A stretch of 64,000 nt of DNA, taken from sequence record NC_042018.1; one strand, written 5' to 3'. Under the pieces are notes generated by a model, which ran no database searches, was not told the DNA's origin, and worked only from the letters and a program-made list of their open reading frames with translations. The translations under genes and the position numbers were made by a program. This document shows, piece by piece, positions 54,527-63,522 of the stretch (its first letter is position 1; each line of letters begins with the position of its first letter).

Positions 54527-55387
54527 ATGGGTGTGAAGATTCAGTGGATTGACCCCAATATCGATCCATTAGATACAGTAGAAATCTGGCGTTCTCCCAC
54601 AAAAGCCGGTGCGCCGGTTAAGATTGGGAGTGTGGCTGGCGACGTGCGTGAGTATCAGGACGATACAGCTGAACGAAACAAAGTTAGTTGGTACACACTG
54701 ACTTCAGTGCGTGGTCAAGGCAAAGCCATCAGTACACCGTTTCCGGTAGGTAACTATCCTGATACGGGTCCAGGCCCTAAAACCATCATGCGTGGTACGT
54801 GGGAGTTTGGTGTGTTCGGTGAAGTGGATGCTAACCTGCTTCCGGGTTTCAGTGAAATCCAGGAGAAGGTGGGTATCGCTCCGAACAATTCCGTGGTCCG
54901 ATTCTACAAATGGATTGTTAACGGCCGCATCATCTTTATTCCATGGGGACCGTACAGCAGTGCGTTTGGTACTACTATCACTGCTGCCGGTATCATGGTG
55001 CCTCAGGGTAAAACGAATGAGGCGGGTTTGGTGATTGATCGTGAGGGGTACGGCTACAACATTCGTCCTCCTTACGCGACCAACAACTTCACCAGTGAAC
55101 TAACGACCATTGCTGACGGTGGGGATGAAACCCTGAAGCTTTCAGAGTTGGCTGCAATTATGACCAGTCTGGTTGGGATGGACACGAAGTTAATGTACGG
55201 TGACATGAAGTGGGGTGATATTTCTCCTGCTGCAGCGGGCGGTAACTATTACCTGACCAACACCTACATTAACGCCAACAACTCCACCCTGGTAGCAAAC
55301 ATCGCAGCGTCACCGGCGTTAGTGAGATCAGGTAGTACATCTTCTGCTCGTGGCTTGTGGCCCGTGTACGAACTGCTGTTAACATAA
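54527..55387 (+). CDS. putative virion protein C1 (FN3-like + PVYEL family)
   Basis: NIDPLD, PDTGPGP, KWIVNGRI, LWPVYEL; paralog of 59047. Confidence 0.7.
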   Translation: MGVKIQWIDPNIDPLDTVEIWRSPTKAGAPVKIGSVAGDVREYQDDTAERNKVSWYTLTSVRGQGKAISTPFPVGNYPDTGPGPKTIMRGTWEFGVFGEVDANLLPGFSEIQEKVGIAPNNSVVRFYKWIVNGRIIFIPWGPYSSAFGTTITAAGIMVPQGKTNEAGLVIDREGYGYNIRPPYATNNFTSELTTIADGGDETLKLSELAAIMTSLVGMDTKLMYGDMKWGDISPAAAGGNYYLTNTYINANNSTLVANIAASPALVRSGSTSSARGLWPVYELLLT

Positions 55388-55395
55388 TGGGGACA

Positions 55396-55419
55396 CCTCC
55401 TCCCTTCACTGGGAGGAGG
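55396..55419 (+). terminator. terminator-like hairpin
   Basis: CCTCCTCCC-TTCACT-GGGAGGAGG between the two cassettes. Confidence 0.65.
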
Positions 55420-55440
55420 GTCTTATATAACTGATGGCAA

Positions 55441-55449
55441 AATGTTATG
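55441..55449 (+). promoter_or_regulatory. putative late promoter (TATG)
   Basis: AATGTTATG. Confidence 0.55.
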
Positions 55450-55498
55450 TTCCTGATTTCTTTATCCCTTATTATCCGTAAACGGAGAGGTACATGAC

Positions 55499-57163
55499 GT
55501 GAGTATAAACAGGCGTCAGCTCTTCCTGGACAGGTTCCTTGCCTATAACAGGTCGCGCTATAAAGATAACCCTGACGCACTCAAACGACTGGACAGACTC
55601 ACCTTCGAGGACATGGTTTTCGATGGCATTGCTATTGATACCAGCAAAGCCGGTGAGCTTCGTCGTCGCGTCGCTAACTTCCATGCCGATGCGCAAATGA
55701 TGGAAGGTGTTGATCAACGCTGGACGTGCACCAGTCTGTTGCATCGCAAAGTCATCCCCACTGAAAACTATATCAACAGCACGCCGTTTGCCTCTCTGGA
55801 AGATTTTAAGAAAGTTAACCTGCAAGGTGTGTATCAGTATTTAGATGACGGTGTTCCGGTATTGGGTGTGGTACTTGCTACCGACTCGTCTAAAACCGAA
55901 GACGTTACCCCGGAGTTGATTACACTCCTGAACACGGTATCTCGTTACCAACTGTTAACCACCGAGCTGTCAATTGAAGCTGCTGACCGTGACCACTTCC
56001 CAATGCACTTCACCTACATGGGTGATACCATTGTGGGTCGCATTACTGTCATCCGTCAAGCTGCAGACCGACCTGCGGTAGGTAACGAAATTCTTGGTTA
56101 TTACGGTGAGTTCCCGTCCGACTACTTAATCTCCAGCGGTGTATTGGCTGAGATGTTAGGGTTGGCTGGTGATAAACTGATTACCGGTGCAGAGACAGTG
56201 CCGTGGTTGAAGTTTGCTTACTTCGGTAAACTCCTGCATGTGTCAAAGCGTCCTATCAGTAAAAACATGACGTGGACGGCGCTGAACGACATGGGGTTAG
56301 TTGACGGCTCCCGTATTATTCAGTTAGGTAATAAGCGTTATCGGGTACGTTTATTACACGGAGCAGCAAATGACTTCGGTAATGAATGGAACGACCTCAT
56401 CTATCGCGTTCATTATCAAGATCCAACTAATACGTTCTGGGAGCGATTCACAGACGAAGAGATGGGGCTTGGTTGGGATGCAGTTACCAACAAATGGTAT
56501 CGTGATGGGTCCATTGCCTTTACCCAGGATGCAGTCGATGCTACTACGGTGGTAACACGTGGTGGCGGGCAGGATGGTGCGTCACTGACCGTGACCGGTA
56601 CCGTAGCGAAAACCACGACCAGCAAGTATTACGGTTGGCGACCGGTGTTGGAATACATTGGAACAAGCGGAATAGATACACCGTACATTGCGGATATCAG
56701 TTCTCCACTGTCGTTGGATTTCTCATCTGAAATCAACACCGACTTTACTGGGGTCTTGCGTCCGTTTGGGTTTGACGTGGAAATGGTGCCGGATGCGAAG
56801 ATTGTACCTAGCGCTGTTAACAACGTTACCCTGTTTGCGGTGAAGTTGGATTCTGCTTCGCTGGTAGGTAGTGCAGAAGCTCCGGTTGTCACCAAAATCG
56901 AAAACAACTCGGTGAAATTCCCACGTGATGTCAGACTGGATAAAATGGTCCCGTTAACGTGTGACATCTATTCACTGGAAGAGCCGGACGATACAGTTAG
57001 ACTGGCTACGGTCGACATGGGTGACATCACTCCACGTCAAATTCGACCAACCATTCCATTAGCGGCACAGGACCTCGGTGACATTGCAACCAAACAAGTC
57101 AACCCAGATGCTGATGGGAAATACAACGGTCTGTTTACCCATAACGGCACGCTACATTATTAA
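55499..57163 (+). CDS. putative virion protein L2: scaffold domain + lectin-like domain + tail
   Basis: GTG after GGAGAGG; RQLFLDRF, WLKFAY.GK, TRGGG...YGWRPVLE, QDLGDI; paralog of 50918. Confidence 0.7.
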   Translation: MSINRRQLFLDRFLAYNRSRYKDNPDALKRLDRLTFEDMVFDGIAIDTSKAGELRRRVANFHADAQMMEGVDQRWTCTSLLHRKVIPTENYINSTPFASLEDFKKVNLQGVYQYLDDGVPVLGVVLATDSSKTEDVTPELITLLNTVSRYQLLTTELSIEAADRDHFPMHFTYMGDTIVGRITVIRQAADRPAVGNEILGYYGEFPSDYLISSGVLAEMLGLAGDKLITGAETVPWLKFAYFGKLLHVSKRPISKNMTWTALNDMGLVDGSRIIQLGNKRYRVRLLHGAANDFGNEWNDLIYRVHYQDPTNTFWERFTDEEMGLGWDAVTNKWYRDGSIAFTQDAVDATTVVTRGGGQDGASLTVTGTVAKTTTSKYYGWRPVLEYIGTSGIDTPYIADISSPLSLDFSSEINTDFTGVLRPFGFDVEMVPDAKIVPSAVNNVTLFAVKLDSASLVGSAEAPVVTKIENNSVKFPRDVRLDKMVPLTCDIYSLEEPDDTVRLATVDMGDITPRQIRPTIPLAAQDLGDIATKQVNPDADGKYNGLFTHNGTLHY

Positions 57164-57178
57164 TTCATAGGAACAGTC

Positions 57179-58069
57179 ATGGCTATTCTGATTAAATTCA
57201 ACAACCCCAATGCTGATGACATTACCCTGAATGTCTATCGAGCAGATGCTGAAATGGACCGCAGCAAACTTCCGGCTCCGCTGGCTACCTTAACCGGTCG
57301 CCCAACTGAGTTCCTGGACAAAACTGCTGTGCAGGGCAAAACCTACTTCTATATCTTCGAAGCTATCGGTAACAACGACCGTGACATCTCTCGCAACATT
57401 AAACTGATTGCAGCAGAAACACGCGGTCCAGGCAACAACATTCTGAAAGAAGGCACTCGTGAGCTAGGCCACTATGACGTGATGCCGGCGTCTGACCTGC
57501 TGGATTACCAACAGCTGTTTGCTAAGATGGGTAACCCTGCTGGCTTTACAGCGAGTAACTTCACGAACTGGGTTAAGTTTGCACGCAAAGGGAAAGTCTT
57601 CTTTGTGCCTTCATCACCTATTGGGGTAGCTATGCCTCAGGCAATGAAAGATGCCGGCTTTATGGGTGACGGTAAGATTATTGAACAGAACGGGTTCAAA
57701 TACCGTGTTCGTTTAGCACGCGGTTGCAGTGAAACCGATGCCGAAGCGACGACGTTCCTGGCGGATAAAGTCGCGTTGACTAACTACGACATGGATACAT
57801 TTGATATCAGTTGTGAATTCAACGATCTGGTGTACCCGCTGTTAAACGTTACGCCGTTAAAACAACGGTTGTCAAATAAACTCAATGGCAGCATCAAAAC
57901 GATAACAGGTAGTCGCTTTGTTCCTGTAAAGGAAGCATTGGCTGATTCGTCTCCGGTGTCCCGTACCTATTACGACGCAACCGATCGTACCCAGGCGACG
58001 TGTCTTCGTGCTATTGCTCTTAACGTGGCTTGTGCGTTCTGGCCGGTATTAGAACTGATTGAGGGCTAA
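57179..58069 (+). CDS. putative virion protein A2
   Basis: LNVYR..EMDR.KLP, ETRGPG, WVKFARKGKV, FWPVLELIEG. Confidence 0.7.
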   Translation: MAILIKFNNPNADDITLNVYRADAEMDRSKLPAPLATLTGRPTEFLDKTAVQGKTYFYIFEAIGNNDRDISRNIKLIAAETRGPGNNILKEGTRELGHYDVMPASDLLDYQQLFAKMGNPAGFTASNFTNWVKFARKGKVFFVPSSPIGVAMPQAMKDAGFMGDGKIIEQNGFKYRVRLARGCSETDAEATTFLADKVALTNYDMDTFDISCEFNDLVYPLLNVTPLKQRLSNKLNGSIKTITGSRFVPVKEALADSSPVSRTYYDATDRTQATCLRAIALNVACAFWPVLELIEG

Positions 58070-58071
58070 TT

Positions 58072-59037
58072 ATGGCAGTCATTATTAGTTGGAAGCCCAT
58101 AGCCAACGCCGACAAGATTCGCGTGTATCAATCAACTACTCCGTTCACGTTTGCAGACATTGCCGGGAACCCCGCTATTACCATGGTAGAAGTGCCCGGG
58201 ACTGATGTTAGCAAAGCTGTGACCATCCCACGTAATAACGTGCACTGGTTCGCGTTGTCAGCGGTTGATGCAGACGGTCTGGAGTTGTTCTGTGAAGTGT
58301 TCCCAATGGGTAACTTCCCTAACACCGGACCTGGGCCGGATACCATTCTTCGTGGTAACTGGGATTTCGGTTTGTTTGGTGAGCTTTCTACCGAACAGCT
58401 GTTTACTAATGCTGAACTAGGTGCAGGAATTGTTGCAGCAGGTGCGACCGTTGATAACGTTACCAGCGGCAACCGTATCACCAAGTGGTTTAAGTGTATC
58501 GTTAACGGGAAGATTCTGTTTATCCCAAATAACTACGTTTATCTCATGCCTGAAGGTGGCGATAAACCGACCCTGTTAGCCCAGCGTAAGTTGAGCATGA
58601 CCGCCGGGTTTCCGGGTGCAGCTGTTCTAAGCAAGAACGGCAATGATTTCATGTATCGTTTACCGTCCTATACCCGAAGTGTGCCTGCTGGGCAAATCAC
58701 GCAGCCAGCCTCTGACGATATCTTGAGTTCTGAAGCCGGGATGATTGCGGCATTAGAAACAGGGGCATTGAAAATTGGGCGAAACAGCGTGGGGGTTGGG
58801 CGCACTCCGTATAACGTGTGGGATAACCTCGGTGATATGGTCTTGGGTTCAACTGGTAACACCCCGCTGGCAACGGCGAACTATTATTCAGTAAGTTCGA
58901 ACATGCAATGGGGTGTGCACTGCATGATTCCTCGTGATGGGTCGTACATGACCTACGGGATTCAGCAGTGGTTCCAGAACAGTAGCGTCTCCTACGGTAA
59001 CTTCTACGTCATGCCGATTCTTGAATTGGTCTTCTAA
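58072..59037 (+). CDS. putative virion protein B2
   Basis: PNTGPGPDTILRGNWDFG, KCIVNGKI, VMPILEL. Confidence 0.7.
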   Translation: MAVIISWKPIANADKIRVYQSTTPFTFADIAGNPAITMVEVPGTDVSKAVTIPRNNVHWFALSAVDADGLELFCEVFPMGNFPNTGPGPDTILRGNWDFGLFGELSTEQLFTNAELGAGIVAAGATVDNVTSGNRITKWFKCIVNGKILFIPNNYVYLMPEGGDKPTLLAQRKLSMTAGFPGAAVLSKNGNDFMYRLPSYTRSVPAGQITQPASDDILSSEAGMIAALETGALKIGRNSVGVGRTPYNVWDNLGDMVLGSTGNTPLATANYYSVSSNMQWGVHCMIPRDGSYMTYGIQQWFQNSSVSYGNFYVMPILELVF

Positions 59038-59046
59038 GGATATCCA

Positions 59047-59901
59047 ATGAGCATTACTATTAACTTTCGTAACCGCAACATTGATGCCCTGGATGAGATT
59101 CGTATTTACCGTACGGAGAACCGGGGTGTTGCACCAACCCTGATTGCGACCATTACCAACGACAAGGTCTTTTACAAGGACACAACAGCCCAGTACAACC
59201 AACTGTACTTCTATCAGACCGGTGCGGTGTATCAAGGTATCGAAAACCGCAGCGAACTGTTCCCGGCTATTGCGTTCCGTAATAATGACAACGGTCCGGG
59301 TCCACAAAAGCTCATTCGCGGTAACTTTGAGTTTGGGCTGTTTGGTCCGGTGGACATGAACGACCTGCCGTCGTTTGATGCGGTGTCGGTATCAGCAGGC
59401 GTTACTCGTAACGTTACTGGTAACCCCACGGCGGCGCTGAAGTGGTGTATTAATGGTAAAATCATTTACACCTTTAATGCGGCGTTCCACACGGGTATCT
59501 CCAAAGACAACCTGAAGAAGCTGTTCATTGCTGCAAACAAAGAGTCGGACTTCTTCAGTATCGACTTAGCGGGGAAAACCTTTAAGGTACGTCCGCCGTT
59601 TGCCACTACGCTGCGTGGGGCCATCGTAGGGACCGGGGAAACCTATCCCCTGACGTGGTCAACGGATGTTCAGCAAAGTGAAGCAGGCGCGATTATGCGC
59701 AGCTATTTGGGGTCTGCTGCTGTCAAGGCCGGCGATCGGATGTATGACCTGGCTCCGTTACCGGCGGGTGGTTTCTGGACTAACACCTACTACGATCTGA
59801 ACACGTACTACATGTTCTATCTGGACGGCAACACAAGCGCTTATCGTGCATCCTCTGGTACGGGTCCTTTCTATCCGGTGTATGAGTTGATGCTTGATTA
59901 A
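59047..59901 (+). CDS. putative virion protein C2
   Basis: NIDALD, DNGPGPQKLIRG, KWCINGKI, FYPVYEL. Confidence 0.7.
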   Translation: MSITINFRNRNIDALDEIRIYRTENRGVAPTLIATITNDKVFYKDTTAQYNQLYFYQTGAVYQGIENRSELFPAIAFRNNDNGPGPQKLIRGNFEFGLFGPVDMNDLPSFDAVSVSAGVTRNVTGNPTAALKWCINGKIIYTFNAAFHTGISKDNLKKLFIAANKESDFFSIDLAGKTFKVRPPFATTLRGAIVGTGETYPLTWSTDVQQSEAGAIMRSYLGSAAVKAGDRMYDLAPLPAGGFWTNTYYDLNTYYMFYLDGNTSAYRASSGTGPFYPVYELMLD

Positions 59902-59916
59902 TAAACTGGAGACTTA

Positions 59917-60501
59917 ATGAAAATTCCAAACATGCAGTTGTTTTTGGACAGGTTCATTAGCGTTAACAGAGTCAGGTATCGGCAACAGCCGAGCGTTTTG
60001 GCTATCCTCGACACATTGACATTAAAGAACGTTATCTTCTCGAAGGTGCGTTCTGATATTGATGCGTTCGGGGAACTGGTGCGTACCGTGGACATGTATG
60101 TGCCAAAAGTCATGAAGGCCATGGACCAAAGTTGGTTACCTGCCTACTACACCACCCCGCGTATCACCAACATGGTGACCACCGATGTGCAGGATGAAAA
60201 TGACCTCATCACGCTCGAGGTACCGGGGTTCTACTTTTACAAGGACCGTAACAGTAAAGTGCAGGGATGTGTGGTGGTGCCTGCCCAGATTAATTCGGAA
60301 GACATTGCGGATTACGTCAAGGACATGGTGAAGAATGCAAATGCTTACCAAATCAATGACGACCAAATCTCGGTAGCCAGTAACTTCTCTGAAGTTATTG
60401 TAGACACCCCCGCCATCTACCAACGACTCAAGCTTGTCCTTTCTCTGCGTGATTTCTCATTTAATATCCCCGACACGGACTACGGGGATTTGGGGGTCTG
60501 A
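59917..60501 (+). CDS. putative virion scaffold-family protein
   Basis: MQLFLDRF...IPDTDYGDL. Confidence 0.7.
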   Translation: MKIPNMQLFLDRFISVNRVRYRQQPSVLAILDTLTLKNVIFSKVRSDIDAFGELVRTVDMYVPKVMKAMDQSWLPAYYTTPRITNMVTTDVQDENDLITLEVPGFYFYKDRNSKVQGCVVVPAQINSEDIADYVKDMVKNANAYQINDDQISVASNFSEVIVDTPAIYQRLKLVLSLRDFSFNIPDTDYGDLGV

Positions 60502-60509
60502 ATTTTATG
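60501..60509 (+). promoter_or_regulatory. putative late promoter (TATG)
   Basis: AATTTTATG. Confidence 0.55.
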
Positions 60510-60541
60510 GACCGATTATTATAACACCGAGGTAATTTATT

Positions 60542-61177
60542 ATGGGAATGCTTGACCAACGTCAGCTATTTCTGGATAAGTTCGTTGCGTATAACAAACA
60601 ACGTTATGCCTCCGAACCTAACAAAGTTGCGGCGTTCGATAACTTATCGTTGAGCGACGTCCAGTTCGGTACCATCACCAAGACGGAAGATAACGGCGTC
60701 TACAAACGCTCTTACGACCACGTTAACTCAACGTCTCGTAACTTCACGTCTGACCCGCAGCGTTTCAATGCAGCTAACCTGGCCAGCCAGTGGGTAACCA
60801 CAGCCAGCCAGATGGCGGACATTGCCGATGTGCGTGCCGCACCGCCGGGCATCTATTTCTACCTGGATGCTCTGAACAACAATGCCCGTACCCTGTGCGT
60901 GGTATATCCGTACGACTTCGATACCAGTGACGATGTCGCGTTCAAAGATCAAATCTTCACCATGATCAACGGCGCGTGTAAATATGCACTGGACAAATCG
61001 ATCTTCGATATCCAGCCGTGGACTCAGTCTGACCCGACGGACAAAATGACTTACGTTCAAGACGAAGTCATCGCGGGTTGGGTGCTGACCATCAAAGGTA
61101 CTCAGGATACGCTGGTTATTCCGGATACCGACTACGGCGATCTGATTAACGAACAAAACGGTGGCGTTGCGCCGTAA
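60542..61177 (+). CDS. putative virion scaffold-family protein
   Basis: RQLFLDKF...IPDTDYGDL. Confidence 0.7.
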   Translation: MGMLDQRQLFLDKFVAYNKQRYASEPNKVAAFDNLSLSDVQFGTITKTEDNGVYKRSYDHVNSTSRNFTSDPQRFNAANLASQWVTTASQMADIADVRAAPPGIYFYLDALNNNARTLCVVYPYDFDTSDDVAFKDQIFTMINGACKYALDKSIFDIQPWTQSDPTDKMTYVQDEVIAGWVLTIKGTQDTLVIPDTDYGDLINEQNGGVAP

Positions 61178-61195
61178 TAACGTTTGTTACTGACT

Positions 61196-61222
61196 AGGTT
61201 AACCCCGCGATGGGGTTAACCT
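61196..61222 (+). terminator. intrinsic terminator
   Basis: AGGTTAACCCC-GCGAT-GGGGTTAACCT followed by a T-run. Confidence 0.75.
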
Positions 61223-61250
61223 TTTCTCTTTTCTGTTAAGGACATTTGAT

Positions 61251-62126
61251 ATGGACGCAAACCTGCAACTCTTCCTTGACAAGTTCATTGAGGTGAATAA
61301 GCAGAAGTATGCTGATGAACCTGAAGTGCTTGCTCTTCTGGAAGGATTGACACTGGCGGATGTTGTTTTCGACAGCATCGAAATCGATGAGAGTTTAGGC
61401 GAAGGCGGTCGTATTGCCAGCTTCCATTCTCCTTCCCGTAAATTCAATGCCCCGCAACAACAGTGGCTTTGTTCAACCCTCCAGGGTAAGAACGTCGTTA
61501 CCTTTACTGATGCAAAAGTGTTTGATGACAAAGCATCGGTAAAAGCACTGACGGCACCAGGTATCTACCTGCACAAAGCAGGCGACGCCACAGCGGTATC
61601 GGTATTGACAGCTGAAGACGTTGCTGATGTTGACACTGCAACGCAAAACATTATTGCTGCCTTAACCGGTGCGGTAAATTATGAACTAAAGGTTGAAGAC
61701 CTGTTGATTCCAACCTTTACCCTCGGAACAGATTTCGAAGGTCTGGTCAGTTCACACTGCATCGAAGACACGTTTAACGTGTACTTTATCCCGAAAGCGG
61801 TAGCTCCGTCTGAACCGGGTGAAGGTGGTGAAATTGATCCAGGTACTGGGGGCGGTGAAACAGGCGGTGGTGAGACCGGTGGTGAACCTGAAGTGGATCC
61901 CAACGAACCGGTAATCACTCCAGAAATGGAAGCCGAAGATAAAGCCCTGGCCGACCCAACTGCCGGCGGCATTTATTCTGACGTAGGCGACAAAGGGTTT
62001 GGTGTATTAACTGTACCGCGTGAAATCTCTGAAGAGACAGCCAACATTGCTACCATCACTGGTATGACGTTTGGTCTGGTAGGCGCTGGTTCTCTGACGG
62101 TGGAGACTTTAAATGAAAACGCGTAA
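61251..62126 (+). CDS. putative virion scaffold-family protein with Gly/Glu/Pro linker
   Basis: LQLFLDKF N-domain; PGTGGGETGGGETGGEP linker; small C-terminal domain. Confidence 0.7.
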   Translation: MDANLQLFLDKFIEVNKQKYADEPEVLALLEGLTLADVVFDSIEIDESLGEGGRIASFHSPSRKFNAPQQQWLCSTLQGKNVVTFTDAKVFDDKASVKALTAPGIYLHKAGDATAVSVLTAEDVADVDTATQNIIAALTGAVNYELKVEDLLIPTFTLGTDFEGLVSSHCIEDTFNVYFIPKAVAPSEPGEGGEIDPGTGGGETGGGETGGEPEVDPNEPVITPEMEAEDKALADPTAGGIYSDVGDKGFGVLTVPREISEETANIATITGMTFGLVGAGSLTVETLNENA

Positions 62127-63462
62127 GCATATTAACGAAATCTTCCTGGAAGCCACGGCGGATTGGCTGCGTAAACAAGGCCGCGAAGCTGACGCGAAAA
62201 TCATTGACGGTATCGACCCGGCCACGTTTGTCCGTAGCGGATACAAATCCAACAACATCTACGGCAGCAGCGGTAACCCGAACAAAGGTAACGGTGGCAA
62301 AGTCACCATTAACCAACTGGGGTACACGGCGCAGGTCACTAAACGTACCGGCGAAGTCATGAACGCCAGAAGTTTAACGCTCGCTGACTTCATTGCCCAA
62401 ATCCCACCGGAAATCCGTCCTAAGTTCATTGGTGACCTCGGTTCCAGTTCCAGTACCGTATGGGACCCGGCGTCTGTGGGGCTGAACGTAGCACGCCCTG
62501 GGTGTCGTTGCTTTGGCCAGATGGGTGCTAACGGTCAGGCATTCATTGTGATTGTGGGTTCTGATGAAGATGCCACTGATCCGGCTGTGATTGAGAAGTA
62601 CCTGCCGTTTACGTTTGGGTTCACCAAATCAGATATCTATCCGGGCAGTGCTTACGGTGCGGAAACTTATTTCCGTAATAACACCAACCTGTTTAACTCA
62701 ACGTTCAGTGCCCTGGTGTGGAAATCTACCCAGCCAGCTCCTGAACAGAAACCGGTTAACCAGGACCTGCCGATTCTGACGTACTCAACTCCGACCAACA
62801 AAGCACCGAGCGCACGTTATCGTTCCGTTCCGCCGTTGAACCTGACGGTTGACTGGGAAGTGCTGCGCGGTAAGTACACCTCGAAGGTCCATTATAACCA
62901 ACTGTGGATTGACCTGGTTGAAGCGGCGCTGCGTAAAGCCGGTGATAACTACAACGCTGATCTGATTAAACGTATTAATCCGGAAACCTTTGTTCCGTTC
63001 CAGATTAAGAACGACACAGCGAACAAGAAGTACACCTACCTGGGCGCACAGTGCAGTACGTCGAAGCTGTATTTCGAAAGCATCACCTTCAACATCTATC
63101 AGGCTACAGCGGATTCTACCCGTATGTTCCTGGCAGACTTTGGTTGGGTGTATGCACCGGAAGCGGGTGTCACCTGGAATCTGTTGGCAAACCAAGCAGC
63201 AGCGAACGCCTATACCGGTACGGATATGGTGGGGGAGAATGAATACCATTACTTCTTCCAGCATGTACCGAAAGGCACGAAGCTGACCAAAGCGATGGTG
63301 TTGGATGCATTCCCGTTCCATGCAACCGGTGTGGATTACCTCTACCCGCTGTTCACGGACACCATGACCAAAGCCTCGGTCAACTTCTACAACGAGCTGC
63401 AGGAGAACATGTGGACCGGTTCTTCTACTATCGGTGTTAACGTTATCGCTGATTTAGTGTAA
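62113..63462 (+). CDS. putative virion protein with two tandem scaffold-like domains
   Basis: HINEIFLE..LRKQG..IDPATFV and HYNQLWID..LRKAG..INPETFV. Confidence 0.7.
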   Translation: MKTRKHINEIFLEATADWLRKQGREADAKIIDGIDPATFVRSGYKSNNIYGSSGNPNKGNGGKVTINQLGYTAQVTKRTGEVMNARSLTLADFIAQIPPEIRPKFIGDLGSSSSTVWDPASVGLNVARPGCRCFGQMGANGQAFIVIVGSDEDATDPAVIEKYLPFTFGFTKSDIYPGSAYGAETYFRNNTNLFNSTFSALVWKSTQPAPEQKPVNQDLPILTYSTPTNKAPSARYRSVPPLNLTVDWEVLRGKYTSKVHYNQLWIDLVEAALRKAGDNYNADLIKRINPETFVPFQIKNDTANKKYTYLGAQCSTSKLYFESITFNIYQATADSTRMFLADFGWVYAPEAGVTWNLLANQAAANAYTGTDMVGENEYHYFFQHVPKGTKLTKAMVLDAFPFHATGVDYLYPLFTDTMTKASVNFYNELQENMWTGSSTIGVNVIADLV

Positions 63463-63470
63463 ACCCCTAT

Positions 63471-63500
63471 CACTCCTGCCTCCGTAAGGGGGTGGGGGTG
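63471..63500 (+). terminator. terminator-like hairpin
   Basis: CACTCCTGCCTCC-GTAA-GGGGGTGGGGGTG. Confidence 0.65.
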
Positions 63501-63522
63501 GTATAACAATAATTTTTCAGAT

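Noticed and set aside
50022-59901. Active diversity-generating retroelement
   Set aside because: No reverse transcriptase, Avd or near-identical template/variable repeat pair seen by eye in the window. A computed repeat search is needed to exclude it genome-wide.
78-63321. Numerous minus-strand and alternate-frame ORFs in the track (e.g. 1445-2038, 6390-7139, 11664-12242, 24305-24913, 25866-26411, 43258-43653, 52998-53585, 62785-63321)
   Set aside because: They are antisense shadows of well-supported + strand genes, without RBS or recognisable motifs.
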